Of a DNA stretch of 64,000 nucleotides, positions 53,275 to 61,606 are shown in pieces (position 1 is the first letter of the stretch; every line of letters starts with the position of its first letter). The notes beneath the pieces are model-generated. The model was not told the DNA's origin and did not search any database. It saw only the letters and a list, made by a program, of their open reading frames with translations. Position numbers and translations under genes: made by a program. Origin of the DNA: a virus. Lineage: Duplodnaviria > Caudoviricetes. The DNA lies in IMG/VR virus record IMGVR_UViG_3300020049_008034, positions 1-64,000 of that record; one strand, 5' to 3'.

Positions 53275-54159
53275 TTACTTTTTTGTATTGAGTTGACGAT
53301 AAGCCATTTCGGTCGCCGATGCCCAAGCGTCTTTCACTATCGCCTCAATCATTTGGTCTTTAGCCAATGTCTGAACTGAAAACTGGAACATTTGTTTTGC
53401 CATTACCAACCCCTGTTCATCTAGTTTAACGCCCTGCGCAACCAGAGTACTTAGAACATTTTGTTGTACGGCGTTCAATTGCTCCTGAGACAGCTCAGGT
53501 TTGAAATTGAGTTCGTAGCGATTCCCTTTATCAAGATCCACTTTAAGTGGGATCTCTTCGACACCCATAGACGGCAGTACTTGCTTCCAACCCGTCTCAA
53601 GCGCCCTGCGCTGTTCGACTTCTGGGTTTTTCACATTTGCTAAATCCGCCTTGTAGGTTTCGAGAAATTTCTTGGATTCGGTGGCCTTCATTTTGGCCTT
53701 TATTTCTCGTAGTCTTGAAGCCTTCGAAAACCCCTCTGGGTCGTCTTCCTCGTTTGGAAGCTCACCTAGTTCGTAGTTGATCAGTTCGTCGATCTCACTA
53801 GCCTCTAGTGAAGGATTTTGCATTTGATAATGGAGTTTGATTGCCGTGTTGTGGTCAATCTTGTCCATATCTAGGCTCTGGAGCTGAGTGAAGCGAAGTA
53901 GGTGATCAGAAGATGCTCCTTGTTTTGCTAGGTCGTTTATTTTGGCAACGAAATCATTAGCAAATGGAGAGATTTGAGATTGAGCTTTATATTGCTCTAC
54001 CTCTCCTTTAAGGAGATCATACTGGCCCAACCGGGCTTTTACTTCCTCAGCGGGTAGCCCGAAGGCATCAGCCTGAACAGGGGTAGAAGCTGGCGCGTTA
54101 GCGTTAGCGGCTGCCTGATTCGCTTGTTGGTCGGTTGCGACCGGAGCTGTGTTTTCCAT
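53275..54159 (-). CDS. Capsid scaffolding protein
   Basis: Low-complexity N-terminus, coiled coils, between portal and capsid. Confidence 0.7.
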   Translation of the reverse strand: MENTAPVATDQQANQAAANANAPASTPVQADAFGLPAEEVKARLGQYDLLKGEVEQYKAQSQISPFANDFVAKINDLAKQGASSDHLLRFTQLQSLDMDKIDHNTAIKLHYQMQNPSLEASEIDELINYELGELPNEEDDPEGFSKASRLREIKAKMKATESKKFLETYKADLANVKNPEVEQRRALETGWKQVLPSMGVEEIPLKVDLDKGNRYELNFKPELSQEQLNAVQQNVLSTLVAQGVKLDEQGLVMAKQMFQFSVQTLAKDQMIEAIVKDAWASATEMAYRQLNTKK

Positions 54160-54163
54160 GGTA

Positions 54164-54194
54164 CAAATATAATACTTTTTGTTTAAAAATCCAA
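54164..54194 (-). promoter_or_regulatory. Host-type promoter for the scaffold/capsid operon
   Basis: Minus strand TTG (54194-54192), N20, TATATTTG (54171-54164), a few nt before the ATG. Confidence 0.65.
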
Positions 54195-54197
54195 ATG

Positions 54198-56411
54198 CTA
54201 CTGCTCTAGCCTAGATTGGTTGTTTTCTCTTACCACATCTACCGCTTGAGCGTGTGACATAGCTGCTTGCTTTTCGATTTTCTGCATCTCGAATGGATGC
54301 TTTTTGATGTATAGATCGAACTCCGCTTGATTCATTGCGGCAATTTCCTGAAGCTTGGCTTGCATCGCATTCATTGCATTCTGCCCTCTTGCGTTTTCAA
54401 CCGCTACTCCAGCCTCAGCATTGCCTTGAGCGACTGCTTGCTGAACTTCCATTTGTCTTTGGTGAGCGCGTTCTTCTGCTTTTTTAATCGCCAACATCAA
54501 AATGAACTGAGCCTTTTTCAGATCGTTTTGTTCAAGGCAGTTCATCACCACCAAATAAGACTCTGGAGGTAGTTGATCACGCTTCTCCATAAGGCTTTGC
54601 ATAATCATATTCTTGGTCTCTTGCGTTTCGACTTGCACGTCTACCAAAAACTCCTCACGACCGAAATCTCTTCCTCCGGTGATCACCGTTAGCCCTTCTC
54701 GCTGCTGTGATCCATATGCCAAGATAGATTGCTGTTGCCTAAGGACAACATATTTGATCATGGCGTTGTAGAAGTTAACGTATGTGGTTAGGAGTGGGCG
54801 AATAATCGAATTAGAAGCCTTTTCCAGCCCGATAGCGACGTTTTTAAGCATATCTGGCACTGCTCCGTCTACCAACTCATTTAAGCCCGTCATGGCTCTT
54901 ATGTTCTGGATGTGCGACATAATTTCTTGCTGGAGGATGGCAAAGTCTTCCCCTACTCCGGAAGGCAAAAATTCGATAGGCTTGAGGTTGGCAATATTGG
55001 GGTTGTCTGAAAAGTCAGCATTTCTTTCTAAAACAAATATACCTTCGGTTTGGTATAAATGCAGGAGTTCTTTGATTGAAAACTCATCTGCCCCAATAGA
55101 AACGCTGTCCATGATCACGTCCTTCCAGATGATCATCCGGGGTCCGGGTGCGATTTTTGTCTTAAGCGCCCGAAGCTTATATGTGTCTAATTGGAGGTCG
55201 TCATCGAACGGGATTACGTTTTCTGTAACCGAAGTTCTTTGTGTGCAAAAAACAATCAAAGGGAACATTAGTCGGTCTCCATCACGCACCATCATGTCTA
55301 CCGGCCCAAACTCCAAAATGATATCTGTTCCAACAACCCATTGGGCTTTGTACATTCTTAAAATATCGTACTCTTCTACCGTCTTTCCTTGCTTTACGCC
55401 TCTTTCGGAGAGTTTAAAGCCCGGTTGAACAACCTCGAACTGCCGAACTCCATTCTTGCGAACTCCCTTAACTACCGGGTAATTGTCGTATTCAATCCAG
55501 TACATCGTTACGACCTTTACGCTCTCTTTTGGGACACCATGACGAACATAATCCTCTTTCTCTCCCCATGTCCACTTGATACCGGCGACATTTTTCAATG
55601 CTTTAATGTCGACGTTTTTGTGCTTGGCTTTAATTTCAGAGATAGAAGGGTAAGCCCAATAGCCACGATACTCAGTGTCTCGGTAGTCTTCATGGATGGA
55701 TTTAGGGATAATCAGTGATGCTGGGTCAACATAAAGGAACTGCCCTACTCCGTTGATCACATCATAGTCCATGGCTGCTAAAGCAATATCGATAAAATCC
55801 TCAATAGGCAGATTGAAAAGAGATGCCTGACCGGAATTTCTTAAAGCGACGTCAGCGACGTCTTTTGCGATGATTTCTCGCTCTAGTCGAATTCCGCCCA
55901 ACTGATCAAGAATGTCGACATCTTCCTGAGATTGAGCAGGCATAGGAGGCGTGGTGTAGTCGGCCCCTTGCATGAATGTCTTCATCTCATCCGATAAGAG
56001 AAGCTTCATTTTGTTTTTAACAAAGTCCTTCTCCAACACCGCATCATTAGAGGTTGCGTCTATTTTAGGCGTTAGGATGAGTTCTTGGAACTTAGACCTT
56101 AAGATAGCCTTGTACCTCTCGTAGTGCCTAGATATCTCCCAAGAAATATTCATGTTGTACTTCTTGGCATTACCCTTTTTTCTGGGTGGGTCGACCTGAT
56201 CTCGGTATCGGGACGGATGTTGAACGCCTTTACCATGATCTCTGAGTTCTTTAAATGATCTTTGAGAATAACCATGAAGACCGCCGTTGGGGCCAATCAT
56301 GCAGTTATTCTGAGAGAATTGACCATAGTAGTATTTGCACATATCCAAGGCGTATTTTTCATCTCGGTTTGTGCCTTCTGGTCGGGAGGTTATGGATCTG
56401 TAATCAAACAT
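54198..56411 (-). CDS. Portal protein
   Basis: 737 aa directly after terL; IRAMTGLNELVDG motif and C-terminal Gln-rich barrel helix. Confidence 0.8.
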   Translation of the reverse strand: MFDYRSITSRPEGTNRDEKYALDMCKYYYGQFSQNNCMIGPNGGLHGYSQRSFKELRDHGKGVQHPSRYRDQVDPPRKKGNAKKYNMNISWEISRHYERYKAILRSKFQELILTPKIDATSNDAVLEKDFVKNKMKLLLSDEMKTFMQGADYTTPPMPAQSQEDVDILDQLGGIRLEREIIAKDVADVALRNSGQASLFNLPIEDFIDIALAAMDYDVINGVGQFLYVDPASLIIPKSIHEDYRDTEYRGYWAYPSISEIKAKHKNVDIKALKNVAGIKWTWGEKEDYVRHGVPKESVKVVTMYWIEYDNYPVVKGVRKNGVRQFEVVQPGFKLSERGVKQGKTVEEYDILRMYKAQWVVGTDIILEFGPVDMMVRDGDRLMFPLIVFCTQRTSVTENVIPFDDDLQLDTYKLRALKTKIAPGPRMIIWKDVIMDSVSIGADEFSIKELLHLYQTEGIFVLERNADFSDNPNIANLKPIEFLPSGVGEDFAILQQEIMSHIQNIRAMTGLNELVDGAVPDMLKNVAIGLEKASNSIIRPLLTTYVNFYNAMIKYVVLRQQQSILAYGSQQREGLTVITGGRDFGREEFLVDVQVETQETKNMIMQSLMEKRDQLPPESYLVVMNCLEQNDLKKAQFILMLAIKKAEERAHQRQMEVQQAVAQGNAEAGVAVENARGQNAMNAMQAKLQEIAAMNQAEFDLYIKKHPFEMQKIEKQAAMSHAQAVDVVRENNQSRLEQ

Positions 56412-56412
56412 G

Positions 56413-58485
56413 TCAGTTGTTTAAATAGAATGAATTGGCGCCCCATACTGGTTTTTCATCCGGGGTTTCTTTTTTGTGCTCCATATCCGCAATGAGTGTC
56501 CAGCCTGAAGCAACGGCTGTGTCAAATTTTGTTCTCTTGGCGGTTTCAAAATACATCCACTGGTAAATCAATCTTGGAAGTTTTTCGGCCCAGATGTTTT
56601 TAGCAATGTGGGCAGAAAGAAGGTCCACGTAGTTCGATACCAAGTGGGTAGTTGTTTTTGATCCATGGCGAGCTTCACGCTTTCTTGACAAGCCTGTAAT
56701 GAGTTCGTGTGGCTCGTATTGCACCAAACCCTTGTATCCTGTTCTCTTGGCCCATTGTACTAGCCCTGGCTTATCTACCTCTGGGTAGAACTGAACTCCG
56801 AAGAACCACGCTGTTAATAACACGTCACGGTAAAAGTCATCCGGGTCTTTATGGCGGTATTTATAGTCGCAAACAAATTGATTCGTTCGCATATCCCATG
56901 TATTGACAACCTCTCCGTTTTCGTCGAACTGTAGCTTACCTTGGTCTTCATGAAGTAGGTTAAATTTCCGAAAAACAGTGAATGACCCGTCAGATCCTTT
57001 GAGTACCGGAACGTCGCTATCGTATGGGTCAACCCCCATGCGGTAGTATGGCATATTCTGGGCAACGTAATTATTGCCTCTTTTAAGGATAGCGTTTTCC
57101 CGGAACGGCATCTGCGAAAATTGCCAATGTCCTCCCTTTCTTCGGATAAACTCAACCTCAGTGTTGGGCTTACCGTTTTTCCAAACCAAATCACCTTCGA
57201 TGATTTCGACCTTTTCGCCGGGTTTATTCCATCTATTCAACCCTTCCTTGATTTGATTAAGACGGATCTCACACATCCTGGGGTGGAGTGGACAATTAGA
57301 AGTTGGTTTTACGAATGCATCCTCAATCGAAGCAGGTTCCTTTCTTTTAAGCGAAATTATCGCTTCTTCGTTCCCCTGCTCCATTAGGGTTTCCATGCGG
57401 TTTTGGCGGTGCTTCTTGGCTTGCTCAACTTTAGGCATCCCAAACTCGTCCACAATGGCGTTCTTAGTGAAGTCTCTGAATATTCTATAAAGGCCAGAAA
57501 TAGTTCTGCCGTTCTTATCTCTTTCGTTTGGGTTTGAATCGTCCCAAATTTGGGATGCCATTTCAACTGTAGACTTATCTACGTCTGACTCCTTTTCTTC
57601 TACCGTGCTGGTTAAGAGGGCTTTACCGTAAACTGTCATCTCGTTATTTAGCGTAATAACTCGACGTATATTTTCCCATTGAGCCCTAAGTGACATCCTG
57701 AAACTTTGGATCTTGAAAATCTCATCCATGTACATTGTGCCGAGTTGGCTTCCGTCAAACGCTCCTGTCACTGCTGCTTCGTAAGATATAGTAGAGTCTA
57801 AGAATTCCCCATAAGACTCCGGGACGACAATGTCTCTTTCTCCTTTCATCCGCTTCATTGTTACAACCTCGTTAGGTATATGGAACTGAAGTGTCTCCCC
57901 GGTAGATCCAGAATGTTTTGGTTTGAAGAAGTAAGGCATTTTATTGTGCCCTCTAACTAAGCGATTGTAAGCTTTTTTTGCCTCTGGATCACTATAAGAC
58001 TGGAGTCCGCCTGGGTAATTAAAGAATCTAGTTGTTCTCTCATAAAGAATAAACAATGCTTTTTCGGTTTCACCAATTCTACGTGGCTTTATTGTTATTC
58101 CGCCAAGGCAGTGGGGGTCTGGCTCTATTATCATGTAAAAAAACCACATAAACTCAAGTGCCTCTAACCTAAAATCTGGTCTCTTGCCTGTATTAGTTGT
58201 CCAAAAATCAAAGAACATTGTCGCTGGACCAGGGATATAGTATGGTTCTCCTTTTATTAGCTGCCACTCCCCGTGCTCCCTCCGATGCCATTGTTGTTCT
58301 GCCAGATTATCCAAGTCAAATTCGTTCATTGACTTCAGGTCTGGCATCTCAAATTTCTTGTACTTTTGCTGACTGATAGGAAGATGATAATTTATCATCT
58401 CTCTTTCAATGGGCTGGTCCGGAACAGCAAATGTGTATTCCTCAAGTGTTTGTGTCAAGCCTTGGTCCCATGTCTTAGTGTACAT
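56413..58485 (-). CDS. terL: Terminase large subunit
   Basis: KPRRIGET Walker A, MYMDE Walker B, RNase H-like MGVDPYD and KRTKFDTAVA. Confidence 0.88.
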   Translation of the reverse strand: MYTKTWDQGLTQTLEEYTFAVPDQPIEREMINYHLPISQQKYKKFEMPDLKSMNEFDLDNLAEQQWHRREHGEWQLIKGEPYYIPGPATMFFDFWTTNTGKRPDFRLEALEFMWFFYMIIEPDPHCLGGITIKPRRIGETEKALFILYERTTRFFNYPGGLQSYSDPEAKKAYNRLVRGHNKMPYFFKPKHSGSTGETLQFHIPNEVVTMKRMKGERDIVVPESYGEFLDSTISYEAAVTGAFDGSQLGTMYMDEIFKIQSFRMSLRAQWENIRRVITLNNEMTVYGKALLTSTVEEKESDVDKSTVEMASQIWDDSNPNERDKNGRTISGLYRIFRDFTKNAIVDEFGMPKVEQAKKHRQNRMETLMEQGNEEAIISLKRKEPASIEDAFVKPTSNCPLHPRMCEIRLNQIKEGLNRWNKPGEKVEIIEGDLVWKNGKPNTEVEFIRRKGGHWQFSQMPFRENAILKRGNNYVAQNMPYYRMGVDPYDSDVPVLKGSDGSFTVFRKFNLLHEDQGKLQFDENGEVVNTWDMRTNQFVCDYKYRHKDPDDFYRDVLLTAWFFGVQFYPEVDKPGLVQWAKRTGYKGLVQYEPHELITGLSRKREARHGSKTTTHLVSNYVDLLSAHIAKNIWAEKLPRLIYQWMYFETAKRTKFDTAVASGWTLIADMEHKKETPDEKPVWGANSFYLNN

Positions 58486-59557
58486 CCAAGAATTTTTTAG
58501 CTACTTCGTATTTGCGATCCAAGAAATACTTGGGGTCATTTCCGTACAGCTTTTTCAATAAAACAATAGCTTGCGTTCCGTAGATAGATGTTTTGTAGAT
58601 ATTCCCATCCTTACATGGTTTTGCCATGCTTTCGCAATTTTTTCTGACCCATTCTGCGAAAGCGAATACCGCGTCTTTCGACCCGCAAAGCCCAACATAA
58701 GGTTTTCCGTAATACTTATCCGTATTTACCCATCCATCCCCATCGATCATTCCGCGCCAGAAGTCGGCGTTATTTGCGCAATATTCATACGGCTTGAATG
58801 TTAGGCTTTTGTTTGGAGTAATGCCGAACTTCAGCAACGAGCCAACTATTCTCTGAGAGCTAAATGTAAAGGCTACGTATTCCCCCTTTTTGGTATTTAG
58901 GACATCATGCCCACTCTTACAAAATTCTTTGAATTTATGGAGATGATCTACATCTCCAGGCTGCAACTCTATTTTTAAGTTCCGCCCGTGAACGTTTCCG
59001 TCAGCCCCAATAAATCCCATCCAGTACATTGAATCACGGGTTAGTGACTCAAATACCGTTTCATCCAAATCTATTCTTCGAACTGAATCTGCATTTGATC
59101 TTCTTTTCTTGTCATGGCGATCCATCATTCTTCGGATGGTATGGTCTTTTATCCCGTATTCTTTTGCGATGTCAACGCAAGTCATACCGCTTTCATATTT
59201 AGCTAAAATATCCGTTTCTTGGACTTTGCTAATATGTCTTCGAGAGCACCCACATGAAACAATTCTTCCGTTCTTTACAAAACTTATGTTCTGCGCCTTA
59301 GTGACTCCGCATTCACATTTGCAAAAATAAAACTTGATTGCTCCTTGCTTATGACTAAAGTACAGAATGGTAAGTTTATTAAACTTTTGTCCAATCAGCT
59401 CATCTTTCTGCGGCAAAACATCGGATGGCTTGACACCGTATTTTTTCATCACGTTGTCTATACAATTTGTAGAAACCCCGTACTCTTTGCCGAGATTGGA
59501 TCTCGACTCCCCATTGATATACCGATCAATAATTACTTCTTCATCACATTGTTTCAT
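58475..59557 (-). CDS. Free-standing LAGLIDADG-type homing endonuclease with N-terminal HTH/Zn modules
   Basis: YWMGFIGADG and FWRGMIDGDG; LIGQKFNKLT..CKCECG segment. Confidence 0.8.
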   Translation of the reverse strand: MKQCDEEVIIDRYINGESRSNLGKEYGVSTNCIDNVMKKYGVKPSDVLPQKDELIGQKFNKLTILYFSHKQGAIKFYFCKCECGVTKAQNISFVKNGRIVSCGCSRRHISKVQETDILAKYESGMTCVDIAKEYGIKDHTIRRMMDRHDKKRRSNADSVRRIDLDETVFESLTRDSMYWMGFIGADGNVHGRNLKIELQPGDVDHLHKFKEFCKSGHDVLNTKKGEYVAFTFSSQRIVGSLLKFGITPNKSLTFKPYEYCANNADFWRGMIDGDGWVNTDKYYGKPYVGLCGSKDAVFAFAEWVRKNCESMAKPCKDGNIYKTSIYGTQAIVLLKKLYGNDPKYFLDRKYEVAKKFLDVH

Positions 59558-59967
59558 CTCCTAAAGTTTATCGGAATTCCAAAAAAGTTTTTTACCTGAG
59601 TGATCAAAAGTTCCAATCGTCGTAATTTCCCATCAATACTTTCCCGGCCAGGAGCGATGAGTTCATCCGGGTCTTCCAAGAGCGCGTCACGAATATCGGC
59701 GGAACTTACAACGTTTTCTTTGAATGAATTACCGGCGTATCGTATTGCATCTGGGAGTGTGATTGAGTCTGCGATCCATAAATACTGAACACCTACTGTT
59801 CCAGTAAATGTATACCTGTATCTCCCCAGTGAGATAAATGTCATTGCTCCGCTGGACACAGCAGTACCATCGACCAATGTAACAGTGCATATTGGCGATA
59901 AAGAGTTCTCTGGGCCGGATGGCCCGACGAATTCTGCAATGACTGTGTATGAAACTGATGCTGCCAT
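59554..59967 (-). CDS. Hypothetical protein
   Basis: ORF track. Confidence 0.65.
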   Translation of the reverse strand: MAASVSYTVIAEFVGPSGPENSLSPICTVTLVDGTAVSSGAMTFISLGRYRYTFTGTVGVQYLWIADSITLPDAIRYAGNSFKENVVSSADIRDALLEDPDELIAPGRESIDGKLRRLELLITQVKNFFGIPINFRR

Positions 59968-61059
59968 TTATAAAGTATAGTCTATCACCGTTGGTTTTGG
60001 ACCCCCTTCAATAATCATGAATCCGCTCGTTCCTTCTGCCCCCAACTGTATCCCGTAATCAGTGCTTGGGATAAAAGAAGGTGCGGTTATTTGCCTATAG
60101 TTCCGACCATCCGGGCTTCGTTTCACTTGACGAGAATGATTATGCCCTTGGATAATGATGTTGAACTTATCTTGAGCGCCAAGTCTAAAAATCTTCTCAT
60201 ATGGATCTTGCTTACTTAGAGGCCAATTCCCGTGCTCGGCAATCAATCTAAACCCATCGTCGTCGGTTACTAAGTAAAATGGATCAAACTTAACTGGATA
60301 CCCTCTCAACTCAAGGATGTAAGCAATCAAATCGGCAGCTCCGGCTTTGGAATCATTTTCGGTCTTGTCGCTCATTCTGTCGTGATTACCTCCTATTAGT
60401 GTGAATCCGACAAGATTATTGATTTGATCCAAGAAGTGGGCAATAATTTTGGATGATTCCTTGATCAAGTCTACTCCCCACATCTCAATTGACTTCCATG
60501 TATCCGCATGGTTGCGGCCCGTAAAACTCTCTAAGCAATCCCCCAAGCAGTGTACAATTACTCTTTTGTAATTCCTACTATTAACGATCGCCGCTGTTTC
60601 GCTTAAAAGTTCAACAACCTTTTTTAGATTGTATTCCTTGTGGATAGCCCCCATATGAAGATCAGAAATAATGACGTGAGCAATTTGCCCTTCTACTTCC
60701 CTGATCTCATACTTCGGCAGCCCTTCGGCAAATTCTTTAAACTGCTCTACTTCTAATGGTCTCGGGACTACCTTGATCTTTAGTCGGTGGTTTTGAACCG
60801 TTATTGGTCCATCCGGGCCTTTGATCGGAGTTTCCCAATATGTAGACTCGATAGGACGAGCCATGTATTTTTTTGGGTCGACTTTATGGTATTTCATTAG
60901 GTCGTCAGCCGTTCGGCATGGACCTTCAAAAACAATCTCCCCGTCTTCATATTCATACAGGAGAGATCCAGGGCCATCGACTCTTGCTTTTTCTAGAAGC
61001 AGCATCCATTGTTTGTACTCATCTTCTGAGGAGTACGTAAGTCTTGGTCGTATTTCCAT
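59968..61059 (-). CDS. Calcineurin-like metallophosphoesterase
   Basis: SDLH, GD, GNHD, HG, GHNH motifs in order. Confidence 0.88.
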   Translation of the reverse strand: MEIRPRLTYSSEDEYKQWMLLLEKARVDGPGSLLYEYEDGEIVFEGPCRTADDLMKYHKVDPKKYMARPIESTYWETPIKGPDGPITVQNHRLKIKVVPRPLEVEQFKEFAEGLPKYEIREVEGQIAHVIISDLHMGAIHKEYNLKKVVELLSETAAIVNSRNYKRVIVHCLGDCLESFTGRNHADTWKSIEMWGVDLIKESSKIIAHFLDQINNLVGFTLIGGNHDRMSDKTENDSKAGAADLIAYILELRGYPVKFDPFYLVTDDDGFRLIAEHGNWPLSKQDPYEKIFRLGAQDKFNIIIQGHNHSRQVKRSPDGRNYRQITAPSFIPSTDYGIQLGAEGTSGFMIIEGGPKPTVIDYTL

Positions 61060-61083
61060 GCAACAAAAATAGTAACAAATTCT

Positions 61084-61596
61084 TTAATTTGCAACTATTA
61101 GTGTTGATTTTTCGCTTACCCATCTCTTGCCTCTCCGAAAGAAGATTTCTTTATTATACTCGAAGACATCTTGAGAGTACCAAGTTATCCGCTTATTGCC
61201 GATTTTATCATTTTTGATTGTTACTTCGATGCCGTTCAGTTTCCATTTGCCTCTGATGGTGTCTCTTGGTCCATCCGGGCTCTTTTTAAACAAATCGTTT
61301 AGCTGTTTAGTCGGCTGACGAAGCCTTGTCAAATAAGATTTCTCTTGTTCTTCCCAAGCAAGCTTGGCGTATCGGTATTGAAGGGCAGCATCGTATCGTT
61401 CGTTCACGAGTGTCCTTAAGACAAGAGAATCAGTATTGGTAAATGGAAATTTTTGATAAATAATTGAGTCTCCGATATTGGTAAAGGTTTCCTTGAACCA
61501 AGTCGAGTCTTTGTTGGATCGAACCCCTTTTGAGTAAACAATGGAGTCTTGTTGAGCAAAAGAGAAAAAAGGAATAAAAAGAAGCAAATATCTCAT
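61084..61596 (-). CDS. Secreted protein
   Basis: MRYLLLFIPFFSFA-Q; start moved. Confidence 0.65.
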   Translation of the reverse strand: MRYLLLFIPFFSFAQQDSIVYSKGVRSNKDSTWFKETFTNIGDSIIYQKFPFTNTDSLVLRTLVNERYDAALQYRYAKLAWEEQEKSYLTRLRQPTKQLNDLFKKSPDGPRDTIRGKWKLNGIEVTIKNDKIGNKRITWYSQDVFEYNKEIFFRRGKRWVSEKSTLIVAN

Positions 61597-61606
61597 GGAT
61601 GTTGTT

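Larger units (their letters stand above)
171..61279. repeat. Genome-wide dispersed asymmetric motif YCATCCGGG (core CATCCGGG, often TTCATCCGGG)
   Basis: Manual scan. CATCCGGG on + starts at 2057,2379,2767,3291,4480,4944,5828,5994,6409,6718,7029,7279,7558,8007,8344,9476,9929,10638,12523,13813,14285,14812,15277,15470,21973,24813,27015,28408,30848,31275,31783,33689,36215,43921,45643,47657,50597,52509,55134,56457,56838,59664,60108,60810,61272 (45). CCCGGATG on + starts at 171,8797,11732,12488,14838,14977,15378,15540,16351,17801,18040,21001,22039,23274,23997,25544,26116,29946,30916,32914,43703,45157 (22). Confidence 0.97.

Noticed and set aside
171-61279. Motif as part of twister ribozymes (GCCCGGAUA resembles CCCGGATGA)
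   Set aside because: The flanking CCGGUCCCAAG and pseudoknot partners are absent, and junction copies are in the opposite orientation.
171-61279. Motif as a by-product of frequent Pro-Asp-Glu/Gly peptides
   Set aside because: It occurs in at least five peptide contexts on both strands, and about 20 copies are intergenic.
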